Assembly: GCA_965221925.1 (NCBI GenBank)
Contig: OZ244924.1
Span: 1,161,352-1,225,351 of the forward strand
DNA length: 64,000 bases
Direction: 5' to 3'
Origin: Dehalococcoidia bacterium
GTDB lineage: Bacteria; Chloroflexota; Dehalococcoidia; Lucifugimonadales; UBA2985
Within the stretch, counting starts at the first letter, position 1, and each line of letters starts with the position of its first letter. Made by a program: the position numbers and the translations under genes. The notes beneath the pieces were generated by a model. The model worked only from the letters and a program-made list of their open reading frames with translations, was not told the origin of the DNA and searched no databases. Shown here in pieces: positions 26,066 through 36,722 of this stretch.

Positions 26066-28751
26066 CACAGACGTAATTGCCGGTACTCGACGGCTTCCGT
26101 CGGGCGCACGCTTCTTCAAATGTGCGCTCCAAGTGAATCCTCACCACTACGCTAAGACCTTTCGCGGCAAAGAGACCGCCGGTAGTCCAGAAGATTACGC
26201 CAAAGTTATCGTTGAGAAGGCTGAGGAACTTGACGTGTCGGTCCTTGCCATCACCGACCATAACAGCGTCACTGATGTCCGGATGTTTCGGGATGCCTCT
26301 AAAGGTCGCAGCGTCACGATACTCCCTGGATTCGAGCTTACCTCCTCTGATGGTATTCACGTTCTTTGCATTTACCCTCCGCACATCGCTGAAGAGCAGC
26401 TCGAACGGTTCTTGGGTGAGTTCGGGATTCGAAAGACCGAACCCTCGTCCGACCCATCCGGTGAGCCTTTCGATGATATCCTCAAGAAAGTCCGCGAACA
26501 GGGAGGAATCAGCATTGCCGCGCATGTCACAACCGCGCACGGACTCTTTAGTGTCCTAGAGGGGCAAGCACGAATCCGAGCATGGCAGTCTAACGACTTG
26601 CTTGCTATCCAGATTCCCGGTCCTACCAATGACCTGTCCGATGACGCGCGACCGATAGTGGAGAACAAGAATCGTGACTACCACCGTGCCCATAGCGCCG
26701 GAGAGGAACTGGCGGTTGCCGTAGTCAATGCCAAGGACATCACGAAGCCCGAGGACTTGGAAGATGACTCCGCAACCTGTTGGATAAAGATGTCTGAGGT
26801 TACTATTGAAGGATTGCGTCAAGCTTTCCTCGATCCGGACTCTAGGATACGCCTCAATAGTGATCCCACGCCGGAAGAGCATGCAGAGCTAGTCTCGCTT
26901 GGATGGGAAGGTGGGTTCCTAGACGACACGGCCATCCACTTCAATCAGAATCTCAACGTTCTGGTTGGAGGACGTGGTGCTGGAAAATCCACCGTCATAG
27001 AGAGTCTGAGGTATCTGCTTGACTTAGAGCCTGTCGGCGAAGAAGCACGCAAGGCCCATCAAGGGCTAGTGCGCCAAGTGCTCCGCAGTGGGACGAAGGT
27101 CTCGCTTCGTATACGCTCCTACCGTCCGGGGAAACAAGAATATCAAGTGGAGCGGACCGTGCCCAACCCACCTGTAGTCCGCGACGAGAATGGTCAGATT
27201 TCGAATCTCCTCCCTTCAGATATTCTCCCTCGGGTTGAGATTTACGGACAGCATGAAATATCCGAACTCGCCAGAAGTCCTGAGAAACTCACCTCGTTAC
27301 TCACTCGCTTCGTCAGGCGCGACGAAGCACTAGAAAGGCGCAAGGCTAGCGTGCGCCGGGACCTTGACCAGACCAGAAAGTCTCTTGGTGACGTGAGCTC
27401 TGAGATCCAGCAAATCGATGAGCGCATGTCTGCACTACCGGGCCTAGAGGAAACACTCAAGCGCTTTCAGGACGCTGGCCTTGAAGACCGTTTGCGCGAG
27501 CAGAGCCTCCTGGTTCGTGAAGAGCGTGTGCTCAATTCGATTCCTGAGCGTACGCGGGTTTTCCGAGAGTGCCTAGAGATGATCCGAGGGGAATTGCCTA
27601 TAGACCGTGCCTTCTTGTCAGAGAAGGCCCTTGAAGAGCTGCCCGGTAAAGACATTCTCACGGACGCCAACGGGGCACTCGAACGTCTTAGCCGTGACCT
27701 CGAGCAGATCGCGCAACAGATTGAGGAAGCGCTCCAACGAGCTGACGCAGGAATCAAAGAGGTTCAGGCCCGCTGGGGCGAACGTAAACGCGATGTAGAA
27801 GCTGCTTACCAGAAGATACTGCGGGATCTACAGCAGTCGGCTGTGGATGGGGAGGAATTCATCCGACTGAGACGTGAGATTGAAGGATTGCGCCCTCTAC
27901 GTGAGCGGCGACCTTTACTGGAAAGACTAGAGAGAGAACACCAGCAACATCGGCGCGAATCCCTTGCTGAGTGGGAGGACCTTAAATCCACCGAGTTTCG
28001 ATTGCTCGACAGCGCAGCAAGGAGCGTAAGCCACAAACTACGAAACCGTGTTCAGATTGAAGTCATTGCCGCAGGCAACCGGGAGAGCCTCTTCAACGTG
28101 TTCAAGGAGGAGATTGGAGGTCGCCTCTCGGAAGCCATAGACAGAATTAGGCAACTGTCAGAAGTCTCTTTACCTGAGTTCGTCAAGTGCTGTCGGGACG
28201 GTGCGGAGGCAGTTGAAAAGAAGTACGCGATTCCACCATCTCAAGCAGAACGGCTCGCCAAAGCACCCTCCGAGACCCTAATGCGTATCGAGGAGTTGGA
28301 GCTGCCACCAACAACAGTGATTAAGCTTAACACGGCCTCCGCTGGCGATCTCCCTTCCTGGCGTTCGCTCGACGAGCTCTCTACCGGCCAGAAGGCTACT
28401 GCGGTGCTCCTCCTTCTGCTGCTAGAGTCCGATGCGCCCCTCATCGTCGATCAGCCTGAGGACGACCTTGACAATCGCTTCATCACAGAGGGTGTAGTGC
28501 CTAAGATGCGGGAGGAGAAACGCCGCCGACAGTTTGTCTTCTCCACTCACAACGCGAACATTCCAGTCCTTGGTGATGCGGAACTAATTCTGGGGCTCAC
28601 CCCATTGGGTGAAGCAGGGAGGGGGAAGGCGACCATCAGACATGAGCATATGGGTTCGATCGATGATCGTCCAGTTCGCGAACTCGTTGAAGAGATACTT
28701 GAAGGAGGCAAAGATGCCTTCGAGACACGAAGGCTAAAGTATGGCTTCTGA
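26058..28751 (+). CDS. PHP-domain phosphoesterase fused to an SMC/RecF/OLD-like ABC ATPase with a long coiled coil
   Basis: PHP motifs are FKCALQVNPHHY, LAITDHNSV and ISIAAHV. The P-loop is VLVGGRGAGKSTVIESL, followed by ~400 aa of coiled coil and the signature/Walker B LSTGQKATAVLLLLLLESDAPLIVDQPEDDLD. ATG 26058 follows GGAG and overlaps the helicase stop; TTG 26025 and ATG 26046 are alternatives. Confidence 0.8.
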   Translation: MIDTDVIAGTRRLPSGARFFKCALQVNPHHYAKTFRGKETAGSPEDYAKVIVEKAEELDVSVLAITDHNSVTDVRMFRDASKGRSVTILPGFELTSSDGIHVLCIYPPHIAEEQLERFLGEFGIRKTEPSSDPSGEPFDDILKKVREQGGISIAAHVTTAHGLFSVLEGQARIRAWQSNDLLAIQIPGPTNDLSDDARPIVENKNRDYHRAHSAGEELAVAVVNAKDITKPEDLEDDSATCWIKMSEVTIEGLRQAFLDPDSRIRLNSDPTPEEHAELVSLGWEGGFLDDTAIHFNQNLNVLVGGRGAGKSTVIESLRYLLDLEPVGEEARKAHQGLVRQVLRSGTKVSLRIRSYRPGKQEYQVERTVPNPPVVRDENGQISNLLPSDILPRVEIYGQHEISELARSPEKLTSLLTRFVRRDEALERRKASVRRDLDQTRKSLGDVSSEIQQIDERMSALPGLEETLKRFQDAGLEDRLREQSLLVREERVLNSIPERTRVFRECLEMIRGELPIDRAFLSEKALEELPGKDILTDANGALERLSRDLEQIAQQIEEALQRADAGIKEVQARWGERKRDVEAAYQKILRDLQQSAVDGEEFIRLRREIEGLRPLRERRPLLERLEREHQQHRRESLAEWEDLKSTEFRLLDSAARSVSHKLRNRVQIEVIAAGNRESLFNVFKEEIGGRLSEAIDRIRQLSEVSLPEFVKCCRDGAEAVEKKYAIPPSQAERLAKAPSETLMRIEELELPPTTVIKLNTASAGDLPSWRSLDELSTGQKATAVLLLLLLESDAPLIVDQPEDDLDNRFITEGVVPKMREEKRRRQFVFSTHNANIPVLGDAELILGLTPLGEAGRGKATIRHEHMGSIDDRPVRELVEEILEGGKDAFETRRLKYGF

Positions 28752-28760
28752 GGGTGTGAG

Positions 28761-29990
28761 ATGAACCGATCTCAGCTCCTAGAGTTGTTATTGAATCGCG
28801 AGAACTCTGGCTTGGAGTTCAAACGAGACGACATACAACCAGAGAAGCTTGCGGCAGAGATTGTGGCTCTGCTGAATCTGGAGGGCGGGCACATCTTGCT
28901 TGGTGTCGAGGACGATGCAACTGTTACCGGCCTTACACGAGAGCCGCCTAAGGCCGAAGAATGGGTTATGCAAATAGCGCGAGACCACATCCAACCCAGT
29001 GTGATCCCGTATTGGGAGACACTAGATTGGGACAATGGCACTGTTATCGGAGTTGTCTCTCTTCCTGCGGATGCACCCGATAAGCCTTATAAGGCGAAGC
29101 GCGGCCCTTCTTGGGTCACACGAATCCGTGTGGGAACGACGACTCGGGACGCATCAAGAGAAGAGGAGGAGCGACTCTATCAACAATCTGGACGGTTGAG
29201 ATACGGCCTAAAACCAGTACTAGGAACAGGTCTCAACAGTCTAGATGTTAGACGCCTCCGGGACTATTTCGTTCGAGTGCGTGGAGAAGGTACCTTTCAT
29301 ACCGACGATGCAGACCAGTACCAAAGATTACTTTGCAACCTAGAGCTTGCCACAGAATCAGCCGGATATGCTTCGACGACGGTGGACGGAATACTGTTGT
29401 TTGGCCAAAACCCTGGTCGGTTCCTCCCCCAATCGGGTATACGAGCCATCTGTTACCTCGGTCAGGAACCGGACTATGCTGTCCGTGCAGACGAGGACAT
29501 CAAGGGGCCTCTTGTTCCCCTAGGGAGTGCCGATGGTTCGACAATTGAATTTGGAATTGTTGATAGAGCCTGGGACTTTGTTCGGCGCAATACCACACCA
29601 ATAGCGTGGCTTGAAGGAGCACAACGGCACGAGCGTTGGGAATACCCAGAAGATGCCCTCCGAGAAGTCTTGGTCAATGCACTGGTCCATCGGGACTACA
29701 GCATATCCGGTACCGACACCACGTTGTCTATCTTTTCCAACCGTCTAGAGATTCAAAGCCCAGGCAGGTTGCCAAATACCGTGACTATAGACGGGATGAG
29801 ATCAGGAATGCGTTATGCCCGAAATCAGACTTTGGTCAATGTCATGCGGGACTACGGCTACGTCGACGCTCGCGGGATGGGGGTACGGAACAAGGTAATT
29901 CCAAGTATGCTTGCCCACAATGGGACAGACCCCGACTTGATAGAGGGCGAGTACAGTTTCACGGTGCGCCTTTGGAAGGAGGCGACGTGA
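28761..29990 (+). CDS. AlbA_2 (Schlafen-type) N-terminal domain plus HATPase_c_4-like C-terminal domain protein
   Basis: N-terminal ENSGLEFKRDD...LLNLEGGHILLGVEDD and C-terminal REVLVNALVHRDYS...IQSPGRLP. It starts 9 nt after the previous gene. Confidence 0.8.
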   Translation: MNRSQLLELLLNRENSGLEFKRDDIQPEKLAAEIVALLNLEGGHILLGVEDDATVTGLTREPPKAEEWVMQIARDHIQPSVIPYWETLDWDNGTVIGVVSLPADAPDKPYKAKRGPSWVTRIRVGTTTRDASREEEERLYQQSGRLRYGLKPVLGTGLNSLDVRRLRDYFVRVRGEGTFHTDDADQYQRLLCNLELATESAGYASTTVDGILLFGQNPGRFLPQSGIRAICYLGQEPDYAVRADEDIKGPLVPLGSADGSTIEFGIVDRAWDFVRRNTTPIAWLEGAQRHERWEYPEDALREVLVNALVHRDYSISGTDTTLSIFSNRLEIQSPGRLPNTVTIDGMRSGMRYARNQTLVNVMRDYGYVDARGMGVRNKVIPSMLAHNGTDPDLIEGEYSFTVRLWKEAT

Positions 29991-29992
29991 CT

Positions 29993-32900
29993 ATGATCCC
30001 CACAGCGTGCAAGCGGCTCGCCGAGGTGGACTTCCCCATCGCAGAGGTGTCCAAGCACGCGGCGCGGGAGAAGTCGATACGCCACGGGCACCCATCCACG
30101 CTGCACTTGTGGTGGGCGCGGCGACCGTTGGCGTCGTCGCGGGCGGTGCTGATGGCGTTGCTGCTGCCGGACCCGTGCGACCCCCACTGCCCGCCGGGGT
30201 TCAAGTCGCAGGTGCGGGAACTGCTTCTCGCCATGCGCAGCCGCGCCTCCGGCTGGGACGCGGACGTCGCCACCGACGAAGGGCTGCGCCGGACGCTGCT
30301 GCGGTTCATCGCCGACTTTGCCAACTGGGACAACGCCGCCAATCCCGACTACCTGGAGACGGGCCGGGCGCTGGTGCGGGCCGCTCACCCGGAGGAGACG
30401 CCCCTGGTAGTCGACCCCTTCGCGGGCGGTGGTTCCATCCCCTTGGAGGCCCTGCGGTTGGGCTGCGAAGCCTTCGCCAGTGACCTCAACCCAGTTGCCT
30501 GCCTCATCCTCAAGGTGATGCTGGAAGACATCCCCCGCCATGGTCCGGGCCTCGCCAAGGAACTGCGCAAAGTCGGCGCAGAGATCAAGGCCAAGGCTGA
30601 GAAGGAGCTGGCCGACCTCTACCCCAAGGACCCGGACGGCGCAACGCCCATCGCCTACCTCTGGGCGCGGACGGTGCGCTGCGAAGCCCCCAACTGCGGC
30701 GCGGAGATTCCCCTCATGCGCTCCCTGTGGCTGTTGCAGGAAGCCCAATCGCAAGTGGGCACTCAAGACCAACGTGGTGCGGGATGACGGCGTTCCGCCA
30801 CGCGTGGAGTTTGAGATTTTCGAGCCAGAGTCCGATAGAGATGTGGCCGCAGGGACTGTGGCACGCGCCAGGGCAACCTGCGTCTGCTGCGGCGCGGTTC
30901 TGCCGCCGGACCGGGTGCGGACCCAGCTCTCCGTCCAGCGCGGCGGTGGCGACGCGGTATTTGACGAGAGCAGCAAGCGCGTTGGAGGGGCGCGTATGAC
31001 GGCGGTGGTGACGCTCAAACCCGGGGAGCAGGGCCGACACTACCGCCTTCCCACGGACGCCGACTACGAGGCGGTGCACCTAGCCCAGGAACGCGTCACG
31101 GAGATGCTGGACGAGTGGGAGCGTGGAGGCAGGCAGGGCCTCTGCCCCGTGCCGGACGAGCCGTTGAATCCAATCCGTCCCTCCCCGAATGCCCGAGGTC
31201 TCTCAGCGGTAACCCGTTATGGCATGTCTAGTTTCGGGGACCTATTCAATGTCCGCCAGAAGGCAGTTCTGGTGGAGTTAGGGCAGTTGGCTCAAAGGGA
31301 ACCGTCCAATGATTCGCCTATCATTCAAACAACGGTTGCGATGTGTCTGGATAAAGTCGCGATGCAGAACAGTTCGTGTTGCCGTTGGAAGCCTTCTGGT
31401 GAATCGTTAATGGACACGTTTGGTCGCCAGGCTCTTCCAATGGTTTGGGACTTCGCTGAGTCCAGCCCCATCAGCGGTTCGACCGGTGATTTTCAATCCC
31501 AAATGCAATGGCTTGTGCAGATTGTTGAGCGTTCCCCCATCAGGGTTTCTGCGAATGTCCAGTCCGCCGACGCAACTGCCCACCCTCTTCCGGATCAGTC
31601 TGCCGGGGTCTGGTTTACCGACCCGCCGTACTATGATGCGATCCCCTATGCGGACCTTTCCGACTTCTTTTTGGTCTGGCTCAATCGAACTCTGCCGCGT
31701 CATCCCTTGCTGCGCGATCCATTTGATGCAAGCAACACACTCTCACCCAAATTACAAGAGTGTGTGTGGAATCAATCCTACAGTTACGGTGGCAGGCCTA
31801 AAGATGCAGCATTCTTTGAGTCCACGATGGCGAAAGCCTTTGAGGAGAGCCGACGCTTTCTCTCTCAAGGAGGGGTAGGTGCGGTTATATTCGCACACCA
31901 GAGCACCGAAGGTTGGGAAGCATTCCTAGGTGGTCTAATCAAGTCTGGGTGGATAATGACTGCTTCGTGGCCTATAGCCACGGAAATGGCCTCCAGGATT
32001 CGCGCCCGCGACAATGCGTCTCTCGCCACCAGCGTCCACTTGATCTGCCGCCCGCGGCTTGAGGATGCGCCGGTCGGCGATTGGGCCGATGTGCTTCGGG
32101 AGCTGCCGGGCCGCGTTGGCGACTGGATGCAGCGACTGCAGGGCGAGGGCGTCCGGGGCGCGGACCTGGTCTTCGCCTGTGTCGGGCCAGCGCTGGAGAT
32201 ATACAGCCGCTACTCCGGTGTGGAGACGGCGGAGGGTCGGGTGGTCGCCCTGCCGGAGTACTTGGAGAGGGTGTGGGAGGTGGTGGGGCGCGAGGCGTTG
32301 CAGCAGGTCCTGGGCACGGCGGAGGCCCAGGCGCGCAACGGCGCGGCGGGCGCGCTGGAGGAGGACGCCCGCCTGACGGCGCTATTCCTCTGGACGATGC
32401 AGAGCACGGCGGACAGCACTCCCTCCGGTCACAGGACTGACCCAGGCGACGATGATGATAGTGACGACGAAGAGGATGAAGCGCCCAGCAGGAAGGCATC
32501 CGGATACAGCCTACCCTTCGACGTGGCCCGCCGTTTCGCCCAGCCTCTTGGCGTCCACTTGGACGACTGGGAGTCGCGCATCATCAGGACGGAGAAGGGC
32601 GTGGTCCGTCTCTTGCCCGTCTCGGAGCGGGGAAAGCAGCTCTTCGGCGAGTCCGGCGTTGCCGCCGCAGCCGACGAGATGGACGCCGCATCGAATGCTT
32701 CACCCCAGTTAAGCCTCTTCCCGGAAGATGCGCCGCCGGTGCGGGGCCGGGCGCGGCGTCGGGGTAAGTCAGCGACGGTGACGGCTGATGGGATAGAGCC
32801 TACGCTGTCGGCGACGACTCTGGATCGGGTCCATGCCGCCATGCTGCTACAGGCGTCGGGCCGCAGCCAGGCGCTCCGTAACCTGCTGCGGGCTGAACAG

Positions 32901-33011
32901 GAGCGCAGCCCCGACTTCCTGCGCCTAGCCAACGCCCTGACGGCCCTCTATCCTCGCGGCAGCGAAGAGAAGCGCCTGCTCGACGCTATGCTGCTGGCTG
33001 TGCCGCGGTGA
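29993..33011 (+). pseudogene. DUF1156-family DNA methyltransferase (DPPY type) interrupted by a +1 frameshift at ~30734
   Basis: MIPTACKRLAEVDFPIAEVSKHAAREKSIRHGHPSTLHLWWARRPLASSRAV is the DUF1156 hallmark. Motif I VVDPFAGGGSIPLEA lies in frame 1 and motif IV FTDPPYYDAIPYADLSDFF in frame 2. The junction reads SLWL|CRKPNRKWALK with an extra T in CTGTTGCAGG (track ORFs 29636..30787 and 30540..33011). Confidence 0.85.
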
Positions 33012-33054
33012 CCCGGCTCAATGAGGGCAAATACTTTCGTACAGGAGGGAAAAC

Positions 33055-33306
33055 ATGTCAGGTAACGGGAAACTCCTAGAGCGCATCACGGCGCGCCCAG
33101 ACGTCTTTGGCGGGAAACCGATTATCCGCGATATGCGGATATCGGTGGAGCTAATTCTGAGCTTGCTGAGCCAGGGAGCCCCCCAGGAGGAGCTCCTGGA
33201 CGACTACCCCGGACTGGAACCGGAAGACATCCGCGCCTGCATCGCCTACGCTCACACGGTCATAGCAGGGGACACGCTGGCTTCGGTTTCGGTTGCTGAG
33301 GCATGA
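33055..33306 (+). CDS. DUF433-family small protein (putative antitoxin)
   Basis: ITARPDVFGGKPIIRDMRISVELILSLLSQG...EDIRACIAYA. Confidence 0.8.
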   Translation: MSGNGKLLERITARPDVFGGKPIIRDMRISVELILSLLSQGAPQEELLDDYPGLEPEDIRACIAYAHTVIAGDTLASVSVAEA

Positions 33307-33659
33307 GGTTCCTGGTAGACCGATGCGCCGGACGCCGATTGGCAGAGTGGCTCCGCAATGACGGCCATGACGTGCTCGAAGCTCAAACCCTCGGCCCTGA
33401 TCCTGGGGACCGGGCCTTGCTGGAGCTTGCAAACTCGGAAGATCGAATTCTGGTCACAATAGATACGGACTTCGGGGAGTTGATTTATCTGCATGACGTC
33501 CCACACGCTGGACTGGTCCGCCTGCCGGATGTGCCGGTCGAGGAGCGCCTCGCACTGGCGGCTGAGGTGATCAATCGCCATCGGCAGGCATTGGAAGACC
33601 GTGCAGTGGTAACCATACGCGGCGGAAGAGTCCGGATATCACATCCGCCAACGCCTTGA
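33303..33659 (+). CDS. DUF5615-family PIN-like protein (putative toxin partner of DUF433)
   Basis: MRFLVDRCAGRRLAEWLRNDGHDVLEA...ILVTIDTDFGELI. ATGA overlap with the DUF433 gene. Confidence 0.75.
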   Translation: MRFLVDRCAGRRLAEWLRNDGHDVLEAQTLGPDPGDRALLELANSEDRILVTIDTDFGELIYLHDVPHAGLVRLPDVPVEERLALAAEVINRHRQALEDRAVVTIRGGRVRISHPPTP

Positions 33660-33682
33660 GTGAGGGGGTAAGAGTCTTGCCA

Positions 33683-36472
33683 ATGGAACCCTGGTACAAA
33701 GTAGTAACTCTCCGGAAGGAAGTCCGCGAAGGGCGGTCCTTTAGCCCGGACGAATTCGCCATCGCCTTGGAGCAGGTGGTTGCAGGGACTGCGCCGCCGG
33801 ACTACAGCGACCCGGCGCAGTTCTTCTCCCGCACCTGCTTCACACGCGCGCTGACGGAGCACTCCGGCATGGTGCTGCGACGCCTGTCCGGTAGGACGGA
33901 GAACACCGCGCCAGTCCTGACACTCATCACCCAATTCGGCGGCGGAAAGACCCACACCCTCGCCTCGCTGTATCACCTCGCCAATGCCGGACGGGATGCC
34001 GGCGCTTTGCCCGGCGTCTCGGAGCTTCTGCGGGAATCAGGAATCTCTGAGGCCCCTGCCGCTCGTGTCGGCGTCTTTGTTGGCAACGCCTGGGATCCGT
34101 CCGAGGGGAAGGAGACCCCCTGGATCGATTTGGCCCGGCAACTGGCGGGCAATGATGGCGTCGCCGCCCTCGGCAGCGCAGCAGAAACAACACCCCCTGG
34201 GACCGAGGCATTGGCAAGGGTGTTCGCCGCAGCCAATGCGCCCGTGCTGCTCCTGTTCGACGAGGTGCTGAACTTCGTCAACCGCCACCGTCCCATGGCC
34301 GACTCCTTCCATGCATTCCTTCAGAACCTCACTGTCGCCGTCACCGGTTCGACCCATGCGGCTGCGATCGTCAGCCTGCCCCGCAGTCAGATTGAGATGA
34401 CCGAGTGGGACCAGGAGTGGCAAGACCGCATCACTAAGGTCGTGCGCCGCGTCGCTCGCGACCTCATCGCCAACGGCGAGTCGGAGATCAGCGAGGTCGT
34501 TCGCCGACGCCTGTTCGAGGACCTGGGTAGCGAGCGTGTTCGACGACGCATCGCCCAGACCTTCGCGGACTGGTGCTTCGAGCGTAGCGCGCGCCTTCCC
34601 TCGGAGTGGACGGCCGTGGACACGGCTACTAAATCGCCGAGAGGGAGGGATGTTCTCAGGAGCCGCTTCGAGGCGTGCTATCCCTTCCATCCCGCGACCC
34701 TCTCCGTCTTCCAGCGGAAGTGGCGCGCCCTCCCCCAGTTCCAGCAGACACGGGGCGCGCTGGCAATGCTGGCGCAATGGATTTCCTGGACCTCACGGGA
34801 GCAGTTCCGGCAAGCGCGGACGGAGCCGCTTATCACCCTTGGGTCCGCGCCTCTGGACGTACCGGAGTTCCGCGCGGTGGTCCTAGGACAGCTGGGCGAG
34901 TCCCGTCTCGACGTAGCCATAGACGCAGACCTCGCTGGGGAGACGGCGCAAAGCAGTGCCCTGGACGCAGATACCAAGGGGGCTCTACGCGACATCCACC
35001 GCAGGGTTGGCACAGCGATCCTGTTTGAGTCCTCCGGCGGACAGGTCGACAAGGTGGCACACCTGCCGGAGCTGCGATTCGCCCTCGGCGAGCCGGAGAT
35101 CGAAACGACTACCATCGACAATGCTGCCTCGGCCTTGGAGAAGTCCGGCTTCTTCATGCGCAAGGTCGGTACGGACGGCTATCGCATCCACCATCAGGCG
35201 ACGCTGCGGAAGGTGGTCAGCGATCGGCGCGCCTCCCTTGACGAGGAGACAGAGATCAAGCCTGCAGTCCGCAAGGTCGTGCAGGAAGAATTCACCCGCG
35301 GCGCACCGGTTCCCGTCAACTACTTCCCGGAGGATGGCGACGCAGTGCAGGACTCGCCCCGCCTGACGCTGATCGTCCTGGACCCTGCGGAAGAGTGGCG
35401 GGGGAGCGACCAGCTTGCAGAACGCATTGGCCGTTGGACCAAGGAACGTGGGAAGTCCCCGCGACTCTACCCTGGGGCATTGGTCTGGTGCGCCAGGAAG
35501 CCGGGGCGTGAGCTGCGTGAGAGCGTCGAGTTGTGGCTTGCCTGGCGAAGAGTGGCCCAGGAGGTTTCGCAGGGCATTCTTGGCGCTGAGTTTGACCAGG
35601 CGGAGCGCGCCGATTTGCAGGCCAGGGTCAGGGATGCGGAAGAGGCGGCCAAGGACGAGGTATGGGTGGGGTACCGCTTCGTGGCGCTGGGGGATACGCA
35701 AGCGTCGGATGGGCTGAAGGTGATCGACCTCGGCTCCGGCCATTCCAGCGGGAGCGAGACGCTCTGCGGGCGCGTTATCGCTGCGTTGAAATCGGGGGCG
35801 TTGCTCAACGAGTCCGTGGGCGCAGGGTACATCGATCGACATTGGCCGCCAGCGTTCAAGGAGGCGGGAGCCTGGCCGCTAACCAGTCTGCGCCAGAGTT
35901 TCCTGAACGGAGCTTTGACTCGACTGATGGACCCGGACGCCGTGCTTCGACAGCGGATTGTGGAGTTCGTGGATGCAGGAGACTTTGGGCTGGCCTCAGG
36001 AGATAAGGGAGGCGGCGAATATGAAAGGGTGTGGTACAGGGAACCGGTAGGGACGGATGAGGTAGCTTTTGAGTCTGGGGTCTTTCTGTTGACCAAGGCC
36101 AAGGCTGAGCAACTTCGGAAGACACCCGATGACACGAAGCCCGCGCAACCGGACCCTCAGCCTAACCCAAGCACTACGACTGAGCCGGATCCCCCGCCCG
36201 GTCCTGGCGAAACCCAGGTCGGGCTTCCCATCCAGACTGGTCAGAGAGCGACACTGCGTATCAAGGGAACCGTGCCCCCGGAAGTCTGGAATCGGCTCGG
36301 AACGCGATTCCTGCCGAAGCTGCGTTCTGGTGATGACTTGATCGTGGGCGTCGAGTTCTCTGTAAGCGTCGATGCAGGTCTATCACAAGGCTTCCAGTTG
36401 GAGTTGCGGCAAGCCCTCACAGATCTAGGTCTCCAAGAACAAGTATCGGTGGAGACATCGCAAGGTCAGTAG
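33683..36472 (+). CDS. DUF499-family ATPase
   Basis: MEPWYKVVTLRKEVREGRSFSPDEFAIALEQVV...PAQFFSRTCFTRAL...LITQFGGGKTHTLASLYHL. ATG 33683 follows GAGGGGG; TTG 33656, overlapping the DUF5615 stop, is the alternative start. Confidence 0.85.
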   Translation: MEPWYKVVTLRKEVREGRSFSPDEFAIALEQVVAGTAPPDYSDPAQFFSRTCFTRALTEHSGMVLRRLSGRTENTAPVLTLITQFGGGKTHTLASLYHLANAGRDAGALPGVSELLRESGISEAPAARVGVFVGNAWDPSEGKETPWIDLARQLAGNDGVAALGSAAETTPPGTEALARVFAAANAPVLLLFDEVLNFVNRHRPMADSFHAFLQNLTVAVTGSTHAAAIVSLPRSQIEMTEWDQEWQDRITKVVRRVARDLIANGESEISEVVRRRLFEDLGSERVRRRIAQTFADWCFERSARLPSEWTAVDTATKSPRGRDVLRSRFEACYPFHPATLSVFQRKWRALPQFQQTRGALAMLAQWISWTSREQFRQARTEPLITLGSAPLDVPEFRAVVLGQLGESRLDVAIDADLAGETAQSSALDADTKGALRDIHRRVGTAILFESSGGQVDKVAHLPELRFALGEPEIETTTIDNAASALEKSGFFMRKVGTDGYRIHHQATLRKVVSDRRASLDEETEIKPAVRKVVQEEFTRGAPVPVNYFPEDGDAVQDSPRLTLIVLDPAEEWRGSDQLAERIGRWTKERGKSPRLYPGALVWCARKPGRELRESVELWLAWRRVAQEVSQGILGAEFDQAERADLQARVRDAEEAAKDEVWVGYRFVALGDTQASDGLKVIDLGSGHSSGSETLCGRVIAALKSGALLNESVGAGYIDRHWPPAFKEAGAWPLTSLRQSFLNGALTRLMDPDAVLRQRIVEFVDAGDFGLASGDKGGGEYERVWYREPVGTDEVAFESGVFLLTKAKAEQLRKTPDDTKPAQPDPQPNPSTTTEPDPPPGPGETQVGLPIQTGQRATLRIKGTVPPEVWNRLGTRFLPKLRSGDDLIVGVEFSVSVDAGLSQGFQLELRQALTDLGLQEQVSVETSQGQ

Positions 36473-36722
36473 CGATTCTCGTCACTTCAAGCTGGAGAAG
36501 GCAAGAACTGGCTGGACCATTTGCGCCTGAGCGATCCGCGGAATGAGATTGGTTTGAGTAATCCCTAGCCGTGAGACATTCGTTGGGAGATGACGAAGAT
36601 AAGTAGGAAGGTCCAAGCTGATCGCCGATGAAATCGACCATGTGCTGGCAGACACCACGGCTTCAATAGCAGGATGGATGGAAGAAATAGACCAGTACCC
36701 ATGAGGATGAGGCGTCGTCCAG

